Shown here in pieces: positions 37,378-46,663 of a stretch of 64,000 nucleotides of DNA. The translations under genes and the position numbers were made by a program. The notes under the pieces were generated by a model. The model was not told the DNA's origin. It saw only the letters and a program-made list of their open reading frames with translations, and did no database searches. Origin of the DNA: a virus; the IMG/VR virus record IMGVR_UViG_3300030328_003747, positions 32,001-96,000 of that record, one strand, 5' to 3'. Position 1 is the first letter of the stretch. The number at the start of each line of letters is the position of its first letter.

Positions 37378-38234
37378 AACTCCACCTCAACCACATTAGG
37401 GCTATTATAAATTTTAGGAATGTTTCTGCCTTCAATAACAGACTTATACTCTCCCAACAATCTTTCTAGCTCAATCCAACCAGCTTCCATATCTTGGTGT
37501 TTCATTTTAAATATTTTACTTGCATAAGGTTTTTTCTTCTCTTGAGCAACAAAGTAAAAGTCTTGAACTTTAAATCCAGCTTTTTCAAACGCTCTTTTAT
37601 ACCAAGCAGCCTGTAATTCGTATTGATACTTTTTAACCGAACCTATAAAGGATCTAGGTTCAACACTTTGAGTGGTTTTGTAATCTACAAGAATTATTTG
37701 TTTGTCATCAAAAGTTCCATCTATAGGGTATCTAATAACATCTGCTTTTACTTTACACAGTAAACCTTTCTCTTCCCAATACAAAGCACGTTCAAACGGC
37801 CAGTTAAAAACATCTGGATATTCGTTCTCACTAGGATGTAAAAGCTTTTCTCCTTCAGGAATTAAATGATTACGCATATTATAAATATGATCTCTATCAG
37901 AAGTAGAGATAACGGTAAGTCCTCTAGACTCATATTCTGCTTTTAATTCTTTGTTGGCTTTTGTGTATGGTGAGCCAACCAAACAAGCAATTTCTTCATT
38001 AAAAGTTCTTTCGCCTTCAACTATCAAAGCATGAGCTGCAGAACCAAATCTTAAAGCATGACTATCTTCCATTTCTTCTTCTAAAGCATGTAGCTGAGAA
38101 ACCCCAAACCTTCTTATCGTTGATGAAGATATTCCTGGTGAGTTGTGGTAGATCTGATTAGGCATGTCTGGAAAATAACAGGCATCCCCAACTATAAGAT
38201 GATCGTGTTCTTCTAATGTTTCTGGTAATTTCAT
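37374..38234 (-). CDS. RecE/exonuclease VIII-like PD-(D/E)XK nuclease
   Basis: YH...ISSS, FGSAAH, CKVKAD, VDYKTT, Y..QAAWY, FVAQEK. Confidence 0.85.
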   Translation of the reverse strand: MKLPETLEEHDHLIVGDACYFPDMPNQIYHNSPGISSSTIRRFGVSQLHALEEEMEDSHALRFGSAAHALIVEGERTFNEEIACLVGSPYTKANKELKAEYESRGLTVISTSDRDHIYNMRNHLIPEGEKLLHPSENEYPDVFNWPFERALYWEEKGLLCKVKADVIRYPIDGTFDDKQIILVDYKTTQSVEPRSFIGSVKKYQYELQAAWYKRAFEKAGFKVQDFYFVAQEKKKPYASKIFKMKHQDMEAGWIELERLLGEYKSVIEGRNIPKIYNSPNVVEVEL

Positions 38235-38431
38235 TATGTAATTCTCCTTAGTGTTTTAGTGAATAACCCTGGCTCTGGCTTCTTAACAACTTCGAATCCA
38301 AAACCGTAAGCTCTAAATATTCTTTGCGCTGATGGGAATCCCCATCTACGATCTACAGTTATTGTGTCACCTATATTCAGCTTACTTATAGCTTCATCAT
38401 AGCTTTTTCTTTCGTATTTTTTAGCTTCCAT
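38234..38431 (-). CDS. hypothetical protein
   Basis: Likely start MEAKKY after AAGGAG. Confidence 0.5.
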   Translation of the reverse strand: MEAKKYERKSYDEAISKLNIGDTITVDRRWGFPSAQRIFRAYGFGFEVVKKPEPGLFTKTLRRIT

Positions 38432-38483
38432 ATAATCTCTCCTTAAATATTTTGTTACTAATAGTAGACATTGTATACTGATT

Positions 38484-38678
38484 GTGGTTATAATGTCAAA
38501 CATGGCTAAGAATAAAATAGACGAAAGCAAACAAACCGAACTTGAACAACAGCTTTGGTTTGCTACGAGTGAAGTTATTAACTTGATAAAGTTGATAAAC
38601 GAGCTTCCACCTGAACATAGTAGGCATATTGAAGGCCTATTTAACCGTATTGAAAATAGAGGAGAGCAAGATGAGTAG
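38484..38678 (+). CDS. hypothetical protein
   Basis: Downstream of divergent promoter-like hexamers at 38465-38499. Confidence 0.5.
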   Translation: MVIMSNMAKNKIDESKQTELEQQLWFATSEVINLIKLINELPPEHSRHIEGLFNRIENRGEQDE

Positions 38679-38907
38679 GCTTTTTAGAGCATATTGTGAT
38701 GAAATTTGTGACGATACAAAAAAATGTGACGCTTTTCAGGAAGCAGTAAACATGGGGTATGATTGCCACAAAGAATTAATTCATAATTATGAAAAATGCC
38801 ATATCAAGCATAAAGGTGTAGCAACCAATAATGCTAGTATGGAAGTTGATGTATTAACTTCAGATTATGATTGGCCTTCACATGATGAAGGTCAGTTTTT
38901 GTCGTAA
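38671..38907 (+). CDS. hypothetical protein
   Basis: Likely start MSRLF after GGAG. Confidence 0.5.
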   Translation: MSRLFRAYCDEICDDTKKCDAFQEAVNMGYDCHKELIHNYEKCHIKHKGVATNNASMEVDVLTSDYDWPSHDEGQFLS

Positions 38908-39027
38908 TCAGTTAGATCTGATTGTGTCTTTGTTAATTCTCCCTTAGACATAAGGTTACAGAGGAGCCTAAACGACAAAATCCTCTGCTTAACAAAAATT
39001 GTAACACGAATAGAAAAAAGGAGAAAA

Positions 39028-39552
39028 ATGAAAGTTGCATTTCCAAACAAAAAATACAATATAATTTACGCAGATCCGCCTTGGCAATATAAAAGGAATG
39101 GTAATCATTCTGCTGAATCTGTTTATGACGTAATGAATATTGAAGATATAAAAAATCTACCAATAAAAAATATGGTTGCAGATCAGGCACATTTATATCT
39201 TTGGGTAACTAATCCATTTATACAAGAAGGGCTAGATGTTTGTAAGGCTTGGGGTTTTGAATATAAAACATTATTAACTTGGTTAAAAACATATAAAGAC
39301 GGAACACCAGTTATGGGTATGGGTTATTACTTTAGGGGTTGTACTGAACATATTATTTTTGGTGTTAGAGGTAAAAAACTTTGTGAAAATAAAAGAACAA
39401 AAAATATAATTATTGAAAAAACAGGCAGGCACTCAGAAAAACCACACAACTTTAGAGATACTATTGTTGAGTGTAGTGGTGATCTACCAAGAATAGAACT
39501 TTTTGCCCGACATAAAACAGACGGTTGGGATGTTTGGGGTAATGAAGTATGA
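39028..39552 (+). CDS. MT-A70 family N6-adenine DNA methyltransferase
   Basis: IIYADPPW, LYLWVTN, WGFEYKT, HSEKP, RIELFAR...GWDVWGNE. Confidence 0.92.
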   Translation: MKVAFPNKKYNIIYADPPWQYKRNGNHSAESVYDVMNIEDIKNLPIKNMVADQAHLYLWVTNPFIQEGLDVCKAWGFEYKTLLTWLKTYKDGTPVMGMGYYFRGCTEHIIFGVRGKKLCENKRTKNIIIEKTGRHSEKPHNFRDTIVECSGDLPRIELFARHKTDGWDVWGNEV

Positions 39553-41102
39553 AAGTATTAAGTTTGTTTGATGGTATGAGTTGTGGGCAGATAGCCCTAG
39601 ATCAGCTCGGCATACCCGTTGAAACATATTACGCAAGTGAGATAGACAAGTATGCTATCCAAGTAACACAAGCCAACTACCCTAATACCGTTCAGGTGGG
39701 TGATGTTACTAACTTAGATCCAAAAGATTTTGCAGATGTTGATTTAATTATGGGTGGTAGCCCTTGCCAAGGTTTTTCTTTTGCAGGTAAACAGTTGGCT
39801 TTTGATGATCCAAGGTCGGCGCTGTTCTTTGAGTTTATTCGTTTGCTCAAAGCTATAAAGCCTAGATATTTCTTACTAGAGAATGTGAGAATGAAGAAAG
39901 AGTTTTTAGATATAATTTCGCAAGAGGTGTCTAAGTGTTATCCAGAAATAGCTTTTGGTATAGAGCCTATTCTCATAAACAGTTCGCTTCTGAGTGCGCA
40001 ATCAAGACAGAGATACTATTGGACCAACATACCTAACATACAACAACCAGAAGATAGGGGTATTGTGTTGAGAGATATATTGGAAGATGATTACGAAAGT
40101 GAAAGAGATAAGTCATATTGTATTGACGCTAATTACTTCAAGGGCGCAAGTGTTGAGCAATACAAAAAGAAATCAAGAAGGCAGTTAGTTAATAAGCCAA
40201 AAAAAGCATACGACATACCAAGAGAGATTCTTAAAGACAACGAAAGACAACGCAGAGTGTATGATCCAAGTGGCAAATCGCCTACGATACTAGGCAGAAG
40301 TGATAGTCCAAAGATTACTACACCCAAACAAGACAAACAATTTGTCAGTAAGGAAGCTATCGAAAGGTATGTGCAGGACAAAGATTCAGAATTTAACGAC
40401 ACTTACAACAAAAGAACAGTAAAGGGCGATAAGTCTACAACTATCAGACCAAATAATAATACAGCTAATATGTGGGTAAATGAAAAAGCAATAAGAGAAA
40501 GTAAACCAAAACAGGTTGGTAGTATTAAAGATGGTGGGCAGGGTAATAGAATATACTCACAAGATGGTAAATCTTCTACATTATCTGCTCAATCAGGCGG
40601 TACTGCTGGTTCAGGTAATACGCTAGTTGAAACAAAGCCAAAACAGGTTGGTATGGCTGCTGACATCAAAGGACACGATATATTGAGAAGAGTGTATAGC
40701 CCAGAGGGTAAATCTCCGACATTAAACAGTATGGGTGGTGGCAACAGAGAGCCAAAAGTGGTAGTTCAATCTTATAGAGAAGTTAGAACAGACGAAGCTA
40801 AGAAAATGCGTAGAATGGTAAGGCAAAAAACAGGCAAAGATCATACCCCTTATAGAGCAAAGAAATTAGAGCCAAGAAAAGACGGTAAGGTTGGAACGGT
40901 CACTCCTAGCCTTAATAAAGACCACGAAATAAGTATTGAAAAAGAAGACCTTACTTGGAGAAAGCTAACACCTTTGGAGTGTGAAAGGTTGCAGACAGTC
41001 CCAGACAACTATACTAATCATGTGTCTAACACGCAGAGGTATAAGATGTTAGGCAACGGTTGGACTGTCGAAGTTATAAAGCATATTTTAAAGAATGTCT
41101 AG
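39549..41102 (+). CDS. C5 cytosine DNA methyltransferase with expanded repetitive variable region
   Basis: VLSLFDG, GGSPCQGFS, LENV, QSRQRYYW, LTPLECERLQ, LGNGW. Confidence 0.93.
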   Translation: MKVLSLFDGMSCGQIALDQLGIPVETYYASEIDKYAIQVTQANYPNTVQVGDVTNLDPKDFADVDLIMGGSPCQGFSFAGKQLAFDDPRSALFFEFIRLLKAIKPRYFLLENVRMKKEFLDIISQEVSKCYPEIAFGIEPILINSSLLSAQSRQRYYWTNIPNIQQPEDRGIVLRDILEDDYESERDKSYCIDANYFKGASVEQYKKKSRRQLVNKPKKAYDIPREILKDNERQRRVYDPSGKSPTILGRSDSPKITTPKQDKQFVSKEAIERYVQDKDSEFNDTYNKRTVKGDKSTTIRPNNNTANMWVNEKAIRESKPKQVGSIKDGGQGNRIYSQDGKSSTLSAQSGGTAGSGNTLVETKPKQVGMAADIKGHDILRRVYSPEGKSPTLNSMGGGNREPKVVVQSYREVRTDEAKKMRRMVRQKTGKDHTPYRAKKLEPRKDGKVGTVTPSLNKDHEISIEKEDLTWRKLTPLECERLQTVPDNYTNHVSNTQRYKMLGNGWTVEVIKHILKNV

Positions 41103-41138
41103 ATTATTTTTCCTATTTTAAAGTGTTATGCTTAAAGT

Positions 41139-41429
41139 ATGAAAGATATTGCAAACAAGATGAACAGCTATTTCAGAGAGCCATCTCCAGGCGAAACTGC
41201 GAGAACTCTAGACGCACAGATCCACTTCAATAAATCACAAAATGTCGGGGTAGAAGAGTCTATCACTTGGGGTATGTCATACTTTTTCTCACGTCTTATA
41301 CATGAAACAGGAGATATTAACCAGGCTATCAACATAATGGACACAATTATCTCTCATTATACTGAGCCAGAAGTGTATGAAGGCCTGTATCAAGAAATGC
41401 CTTTTTCTGAAGATTTTAACTACGACTGA
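41139..41429 (+). CDS. hypothetical protein
   Basis: 96-aa ORF. Confidence 0.5.
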   Translation: MKDIANKMNSYFREPSPGETARTLDAQIHFNKSQNVGVEESITWGMSYFFSRLIHETGDINQAINIMDTIISHYTEPEVYEGLYQEMPFSEDFNYD

Positions 41430-41705
41430 TTATTGTCATATTTTTGTCATAGTATTAGTGACGTCGGAAAGGTAGATGTATAAAGACTTTCCGATTAAAA
41501 ACATTTTTTTCATTTTTGTCATAGGGCTAGGACTAAATGTATATTAATTTAAATAAAAATCTTGACAGGACTTGCGCTACATTCTAAGATTGGAAGTGTA
41601 TACATATAGGTTATGTAGGGGTTAGAACATCTTTGGGCCAGATTAGGCCCCTAATATAGCCACTATTCTTTGCATATACTATCAGTATCATCTAAAATTC
41701 CTTAC

Positions 41706-42287
41706 ATGACAGAAGAAGTTAAATCGGGGTTTCAACCTTTATTGGATTCTGCTGAAGATCCTGCGATAGAGTTTTTCAATCTTTCTAATAAATTAAATCG
41801 TATGCAGCGTGTGTTTGTTTGGAATGTTGTTAATAATCCCAATATGAGTTATGTAGAGTGTGCTAGGAAATCGGGGTACAAAGACGCAAGGCAGTCGGCC
41901 TACAAATTACTAAAACATCCAGAAGTTAAGAAAGAAATTAATTATCTGATGGGTGAAGTGCGCAAGAAATATGAATTAAACCAGGATAGAGCAGTTAAGG
42001 ATCTGTATGATATTAGGGATAAAGCATTAGAATCTGGCTCATTTAACGCTGCGATAGCTGCGCAAAACAGTTTGCTTAAGGTGGGTGGCCTAGTGGTAGA
42101 TAAGAAAGAAGTTAGGTATGGCAAGATAGATCAGATGTCGAGAGCTGAAATCGAGAATAGATTAAAGCACTTAATGGGTGATGTTATCGAGGGGGAAATA
42201 ACTGACGAATCTGAAGAAGATTTACCTAAGACCTCTGTTGTCGATATGGTCGAGCAAGAATCCCAAGAAAGCAAAGAAGATAAATAG
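41706..42287 (+). CDS. terS: terminase small subunit (module B)
   Basis: LNRMQRVFV..ECARKSGYK..SAYKLL HTH; IRDKAL..GSFNAAIAA; IDQMSRAEI. Confidence 0.75.
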   Translation: MTEEVKSGFQPLLDSAEDPAIEFFNLSNKLNRMQRVFVWNVVNNPNMSYVECARKSGYKDARQSAYKLLKHPEVKKEINYLMGEVRKKYELNQDRAVKDLYDIRDKALESGSFNAAIAAQNSLLKVGGLVVDKKEVRYGKIDQMSRAEIENRLKHLMGDVIEGEITDESEEDLPKTSVVDMVEQESQESKEDK

Positions 42288-42339
42288 CAGAGGCAGAAAG
42301 CACAAAGCTAAGACTACTACGGCTATTTTTACAAATGTT

Positions 42340-42609
42340 TTAATCGTTATAATACTCTCCTGTAATTATTCGCCTTAAGGTTTCGGTATCCCATTTAAAA
42401 GTTTCGGACACATAAGTGTCTATATACTCTCTAAAGCTATTCCTGGTATCAAATAAGACCACATCAAAACGGTTAGAGTCATCATCTACACGAAGTTCGG
42501 CAAAGACAAACCAACCTATCTTTTTAACTCTGCCGAGATCCGATTCAACATAATCAAAATTATGTGCATTCAAGTAATCTAAGAAATCTTTTTTATCGTA
42601 TTTCATCAT
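42340..42609 (-). CDS. hypothetical early protein (array B)
   Basis: GGAGTGAATGATG junction. Confidence 0.6.
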   Translation of the reverse strand: MMKYDKKDFLDYLNAHNFDYVESDLGRVKKIGWFVFAELRVDDDSNRFDVVLFDTRNSFREYIDTYVSETFKWDTETLRRIITGEYYND

Positions 42610-42818
42610 TCACTCCTTTTAAACATATTATTTATAAAATCTTCGTCATAATTAAGTTCTTCAAGATACTCTATAAATTCTTTTTTATTCTTATCTTCTA
42701 CTTGAGATAAAAAGTGGTCTTTTAAAATTTCTGCTACATACTTCCAATCATCAAAAGAAGATTCGACTTGTTCTTCTGCCCAAGTTTCTTTTATTCTATC
42801 TAATACATCACTCATCAT
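42606..42818 (-). CDS. acidic early protein (array B)
   Basis: Coupled junction motif. Confidence 0.6.
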   Translation of the reverse strand: MMSDVLDRIKETWAEEQVESSFDDWKYVAEILKDHFLSQVEDKNKKEFIEYLEELNYDEDFINNMFKRSE

Positions 42819-42932
42819 TCACTCCCCATAAAAAAGACTACATAAAAAACAACTAAGACCAACAAAGGTATCTTAGTGTATAGGTGGTATTTAATATTGT
42901 TGTTATAAACCCACTCATCAAGTTTAGTTAGC

Positions 42933-43091
42933 TTACCTTTCATCATTCATCTCCTCATAACAAACACCACAAAGCATTTTATCTTTAGGCACTTCATCAA
43001 TATTTTTATAACCTTTATCTTCATAATTGTTATAGTCCGTTATATAGTCGGCTTTATAACCACACTCATTACAACACCCTCTACTCATCAT
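42933..43091 (-). CDS. small Cys-rich zinc-binding protein (not in ORF track)
   Basis: Manual translation MMSRGCCNECG...MLCGVCYEE. Confidence 0.55.
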   Translation of the reverse strand: MMSRGCCNECGYKADYITDYNNYEDKGYKNIDEVPKDKMLCGVCYEEMNDER

Positions 43092-43099
43092 TCACTTCC

Positions 43100-43294
43100 T
43101 TATGTGTATGTGTGTTCATATACAACATTCCCATTTTCATCAGTAATTTTGTAATGCAGATGTTCCATTTTTTCTGATAATACTTCATCTACAACACCCT
43201 CATTATAAAGTTCCATTAGTTCTTCAAAATTCTTAGCTTGAAAATCTATTTGATATAAACCTGCTTCTCTAGTTATTTTATATTTTTTCATCAT
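43100..43294 (-). CDS. hypothetical early protein
   Basis: 64 aa with RBS. Confidence 0.6.
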   Translation of the reverse strand: MMKKYKITREAGLYQIDFQAKNFEELMELYNEGVVDEVLSEKMEHLHYKITDENGNVVYEHTYT

Positions 43295-43301
43295 TCTCTC
43301 C

Positions 43302-43466
43302 TTATTTGTCGTATGACTTTTCTAGTTCAGTCGGTTTATATTTACGGATTTCGTTGGTTTCTTCATCTCCAAACAAAACATATCCATCTTTAGTAAAAGC
43401 AAGACAAGAGCCAAAGATCGCTTGGCCTTTAACTTTAACTCTGTCGGTATATTTATAATCAATCAT
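43302..43466 (-). CDS. small early protein (not in ORF track)
   Basis: Manual translation MIDYKYTDRVKVKG..., 54 aa, GGAGAG RBS. Confidence 0.55.
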   Translation of the reverse strand: MIDYKYTDRVKVKGQAIFGSCLAFTKDGYVLFGDEETNEIRKYKPTELEKSYDK

Positions 43467-43474
43467 TTTCTCTC

Positions 43475-43810
43475 CTATTCAATCTCTTCAATATCTACGG
43501 TTAAGGAAGCAGAAATTTCTAAGGCATACCATACAAGTATGTTCCTTAGTTCTTCGTCATTACTGACAAACTCTCCACCATTTAAACTAGCAATATACTC
43601 TAATGGTGTTACTTTGCTTCCACATATATCATCATCAATTAAAGACCAAATATCTTCCTTTAAGAAGTCGTATGCTTTGGATATTTCTTCAAGTGTTTCT
43701 AGTCCTTGAATACCACTAGAATCGCCTGAACATTCAGCGATAGTTTTGATATCTTCTTCTGTAAAGTTTTGGAGTAAGTAGTCGCTAATATTGTCTATTG
43801 GGTGGCTCAT
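43475..43810 (-). CDS. conserved acidic early protein
   Basis: SGIQGL...LRNILVWYALE motif. Confidence 0.6.
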   Translation of the reverse strand: MSHPIDNISDYLLQNFTEEDIKTIAECSGDSSGIQGLETLEEISKAYDFLKEDIWSLIDDDICGSKVTPLEYIASLNGGEFVSNDEELRNILVWYALEISASLTVDIEEIE

Positions 43811-44118
43811 TCTTCCATCTCCTCAAATTTAATATCGGTTATATCGTGATTATATAGTTGTATATTATGTTCTTCCTTAAAAGACTGTTTAACACTTTCT
43901 CTATATTCTTCTTCTGTTTCACACTCTCTACCTATATCGGTAACAGTATATGTTATTGTGCTAGTCCACCTTTTCATTGATGATTCTTTCACCTCAACAA
44001 TTTCAAAATCTTCTACATCTCCAAAATCTTCAGAATTTTCAGCGATCTCTTGGGCTTCCTCTGTTGATTTAACTTCTACTCGTTTCTCTAAAGTCCATCT
44101 TAAAATGTATTCTTTCAT
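43807..44118 (-). CDS. two-part acidic early protein; C-terminal half paralogous to 1262..1444
   Basis: Protein and DNA similarity to 1283-1441. Confidence 0.7.
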   Translation of the reverse strand: MKEYILRWTLEKRVEVKSTEEAQEIAENSEDFGDVEDFEIVEVKESSMKRWTSTITYTVTDIGRECETEEEYRESVKQSFKEEHNIQLYNHDITDIKFEEMEE

Positions 44119-44603
44119 TATTCTTTCTCCGTAAAAAATGCTTCTAAAGGTATAAACTTAGTCCAATAGTGCAGACTAGAATGATAAGCATTTATATCTA
44201 TCTCTGCCGTATCTAAAAATTTGCTTTCTGATACATACCATTGTCCTTCGGGTATATGTTCACAAGTAGCGAAGTAGTAAAGGTATTCAATATATAAATT
44301 ACCTCTCATTTCGTTCATCATACTGTATTTATCAGGACTTGGTATTGGTTGGATATTTGACCAATCTTCTTTGGTGTGTCCCCAAGAGAAACCTCTGTCT
44401 TTGTAAAACTTGGTGTGTTCTTCGTCAGTACCGAGTTCAGATATATCGCCTTTACTTACTAGACTTGTAGCTTTATCTTTATCGTTGTAGTAGTTGTGTA
44501 GTATTTGTCCTACACCCTCGTTGATGTAACCGTCAAAATGACAGTACACTCTGATAATCGAGCCGTCATCTTTATCAACGGCTATATTGCTTCTTGTTGA
44601 CAT
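44118..44603 (-). CDS. conserved phage early protein
   Basis: MSTRSNI...VYCHFDGY...VG..L..YY, GDIS.L, EYLY motif. Confidence 0.75.
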   Translation of the reverse strand: MSTRSNIAVDKDDGSIIRVYCHFDGYINEGVGQILHNYYNDKDKATSLVSKGDISELGTDEEHTKFYKDRGFSWGHTKEDWSNIQPIPSPDKYSMMNEMRGNLYIEYLYYFATCEHIPEGQWYVSESKFLDTAEIDINAYHSSLHYWTKFIPLEAFFTEKE

Positions 44604-44635
44604 ATTTTCTTCTCCTTAAAATAGTTAACGGTTAT

Positions 44636-44663
44636 ATACTACTAGTTGTATACAGAATGTCAA
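44636..44663 (-). promoter_or_regulatory. sigma70-like promoter for leftward early array B
   Basis: Minus strand TTGACA-N16-TAGTAT. Confidence 0.6.
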
Positions 44664-44936
44664 CAGTTAATATAAATAAGTATATAGTTTTTATGGGGTA
44701 TTGTGGGGGTAAATAGCACCCTTACCCTCTCTGTCGCTCTCTCGCAAAAGAAAAGCAGACAAGTCGGCTCTATATAAGTCGGAACTGTCGGGACACATAT
44801 AAAGCAGTCGGGTGGTTATTAGACACACTACTATTATAACACTATTCACCTCTCCAGGCACCTGGGATCGCCAGGCAAAGCCCTTCCTGGAAGAAATGTG
44901 GGGGATTAAATTAAACCACTTATTCTTTCGTTCCTC

Positions 44937-44964
44937 TTGACTTGTTGATTACTGTAGGTAAACT
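44937..44964 (+). promoter_or_regulatory. early promoter 1
   Basis: TTGACT-N16-TAAACT, then GAGGAG RBS. Confidence 0.7.
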
Positions 44965-44997
44965 AATAGATAACTAATAATTAGAGGAGAAAATATT

Positions 44998-45312
44998 ATG
45001 ATTAGTGAAAGAGAAGTTGACGAGATGATTAAACATCCAAAAACTCAGATTGAGAAAGTAGCCGTTCCTTACTTTCTAATGATGACCTGTCCCGACGATA
45101 TTGAAAACCAAGAAGAGATAATGAATACTTGTCTTGAAAGTTTACAGCAAGAATTACCTTTCTTGGTAAGTGAAATGGGTAGAGAAAAAGGTTTTACTAA
45201 AGCTAAAAACTTAGCCGTTGAAATGGCACTTGCAACTAATATGCCTTTCTATAAAGAAAACAAAGATTGGATAGAGTTGGCTTTAGGTGTTAAACCTAAG
45301 ATTACTCACTAA
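44998..45312 (+). CDS. early cassette gene 1
   Basis: Own promoter, RBS and downstream hairpin. Confidence 0.75.
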   Translation: MISEREVDEMIKHPKTQIEKVAVPYFLMMTCPDDIENQEEIMNTCLESLQQELPFLVSEMGREKGFTKAKNLAVEMALATNMPFYKENKDWIELALGVKPKITH

Positions 45313-45351
45313 GTCGGGATTATAGTCGGGAGTTCTTTTAGGACTCTCGGC
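45313..45351 (+). terminator. hairpin after cassette gene 1
   Basis: GTCGGGAGTTCT-TTT-AGGACTCTCGGC stem with G-U pairs. Confidence 0.5.
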
Positions 45352-45459
45352 TTAATAAAAAAAAGTTTAAATAACACAATAGACAACACGTCTTCTAGAT
45401 CCTGGGTGATACGCTAGGTGATAGATCTTTTTCGTTTAAAAAATAGAAGCACTTAATGC

Positions 45460-45487
45460 TTGACTTCTTGGTTACTTGTGGTAGTCT
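45460..45487 (+). promoter_or_regulatory. early promoter 2
   Basis: TTGACT-N16-TAGTCT with extended TG. Confidence 0.7.
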
Positions 45488-45509
45488 GAAAGCTAAGGAG
45501 AATTAAAAA

Positions 45510-45743
45510 ATGAGTAAAAGAGAATTACCATTCGAAGTAGAGGTTGATAGTTTTAATGAACCTCAAACCATTAAAAACCCATTTTCTGGGGAAAGTATAG
45601 AAATACCTGCTGACGCAGTAGCCGTATATGATGTTGTAATAGGGACGCAATATATGGCCAAGCCCGATTGGGATTTAGTACGCAAAGGTTGTGATTGGTT
45701 CAAACAATATGAGCCAAAAGCATATATGGTGTTGCTTGACTAG
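45510..45743 (+). CDS. early cassette gene 2
   Basis: NPFSGE, AVAVYD, DWF....PKAYMVLLD motif; own promoter and terminator. Confidence 0.8.
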   Translation: MSKRELPFEVEVDSFNEPQTIKNPFSGESIEIPADAVAVYDVVIGTQYMAKPDWDLVRKGCDWFKQYEPKAYMVLLD

Positions 45744-45753
45744 TCGGGATACT

Positions 45754-45784
45754 GTCGGGGCTCCGAAGGGGCCCTGGCTTTTTT
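45754..45784 (+). terminator. rho-independent terminator after cassette gene 2
   Basis: GTCGGGGCTCC-GAA-GGGGCCCTGGC then T6. Confidence 0.7.
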
Positions 45785-45892
45785 GCCCTACGGGGTAATT
45801 AACACAATAAGATCACCTATTCCTACATTCCCTGGTGGATCTGTTCGTAGACATTCGCCTGGGTAAGCCTCAAAAATAAATGAAGAAAGTTC

Positions 45893-45920
45893 TTGACTTA
45901 TTAGTTACATGTGGTAACCT
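45893..45920 (+). promoter_or_regulatory. early promoter 3
   Basis: TTGACT-N16-TAACCT with extended TG. Confidence 0.7.
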
Positions 45921-45938
45921 TGTTAATAAGGAGAGCAT

Positions 45939-46214
45939 ATGAAGGAGAAAGAAATAAAGACCATACTTGAAAAGGTTGGTTTCATTAGAGAAGCTAAGAA
46001 GCACCAAAAACTTGTGGACTTAGAAACTTATATGAAAAAGTTTTCAATATCTGAAAACGAAATGTTGGCAGAAATAGATTTTTTTAACGAAGTTTATTTT
46101 GAAATTAACAGGATGTTCAAAACTGATTGGACTTACCTGGAAAGTGGCATGTTATTTTTTACAAAAAACGACGCACTAAGAGAAAGACTATTTCCAAAAA
46201 AGGAGAGTGTATGA
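45939..46214 (+). CDS. early cassette gene 3a
   Basis: AAGGAG RBS after promoter 3. Confidence 0.7.
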   Translation: MKEKEIKTILEKVGFIREAKKHQKLVDLETYMKKFSISENEMLAEIDFFNEVYFEINRMFKTDWTYLESGMLFFTKNDALRERLFPKKESV

Positions 46215-46384
46215 AGGATAAAATTAAAGCTACGTACGAGGAAGTGATGGGCAATAACTTTGACCAACACTTAAGAGAGTTATTCCGAAGGGGAGAAGTA
46301 GAGATTATCGAAGACAAAGGTCACGTTGACTTAAGCAGCCTTAGTTTGATTAATATTAAACAGAAGCTGAAGGAGTTGGACTGA
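46211..46384 (+). CDS. early cassette gene 3b
   Basis: Start MKDKIK, ATGA overlap, GGAGAG RBS. Confidence 0.6.
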   Translation: MKDKIKATYEEVMGNNFDQHLRELFRRGEVEIIEDKGHVDLSSLSLINIKQKLKELD

Positions 46385-46449
46385 TGGAGTTTGTAATATT
46401 ATTTATAGTTATCCTGGTGATTGGGATAGTTTTAGATCAGATCGGGTAA
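46384..46449 (+). CDS. 21-aa hydrophobic peptide (cassette gene 3c; not in ORF track)
   Basis: MEFVILFIVILVIGIVLDQIG, TGATG coupling, AAGGAG upstream. Confidence 0.55.
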   Translation: MEFVILFIVILVIGIVLDQIG

Positions 46450-46613
46450 GTCGGGATCACGTATAAAGGTCGGAATCGGGAGTTAAATGGATCTCCCAAC
46501 ACTTAAGGTCACACTACCAGGTTGATGTGTATCGTCAGAGTTCTCCCTGGATTCCCTGGCAAGTGTGGCCACTTTTCTCGTTGAAAAAAAGATGGGTTAT
46601 TTTTGTTCTAACC

Positions 46614-46642
46614 TTGACTTAGTTTACAAGATGTAGTCTAAT
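46614..46642 (+). promoter_or_regulatory. early promoter 4
   Basis: TTGACT-N17-TCTAAT, AAGGAG RBS. Confidence 0.65.
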
Positions 46643-46663
46643 ACTAATTAAGGAGAACGAATT

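Noticed and set aside
42222-42350. Hydrophobic minus-strand frame overlapping the terS-B 3' end
   Set aside because: An RBS is present but only ATA/ACG sits at the start position, so it cannot be supported as a gene.
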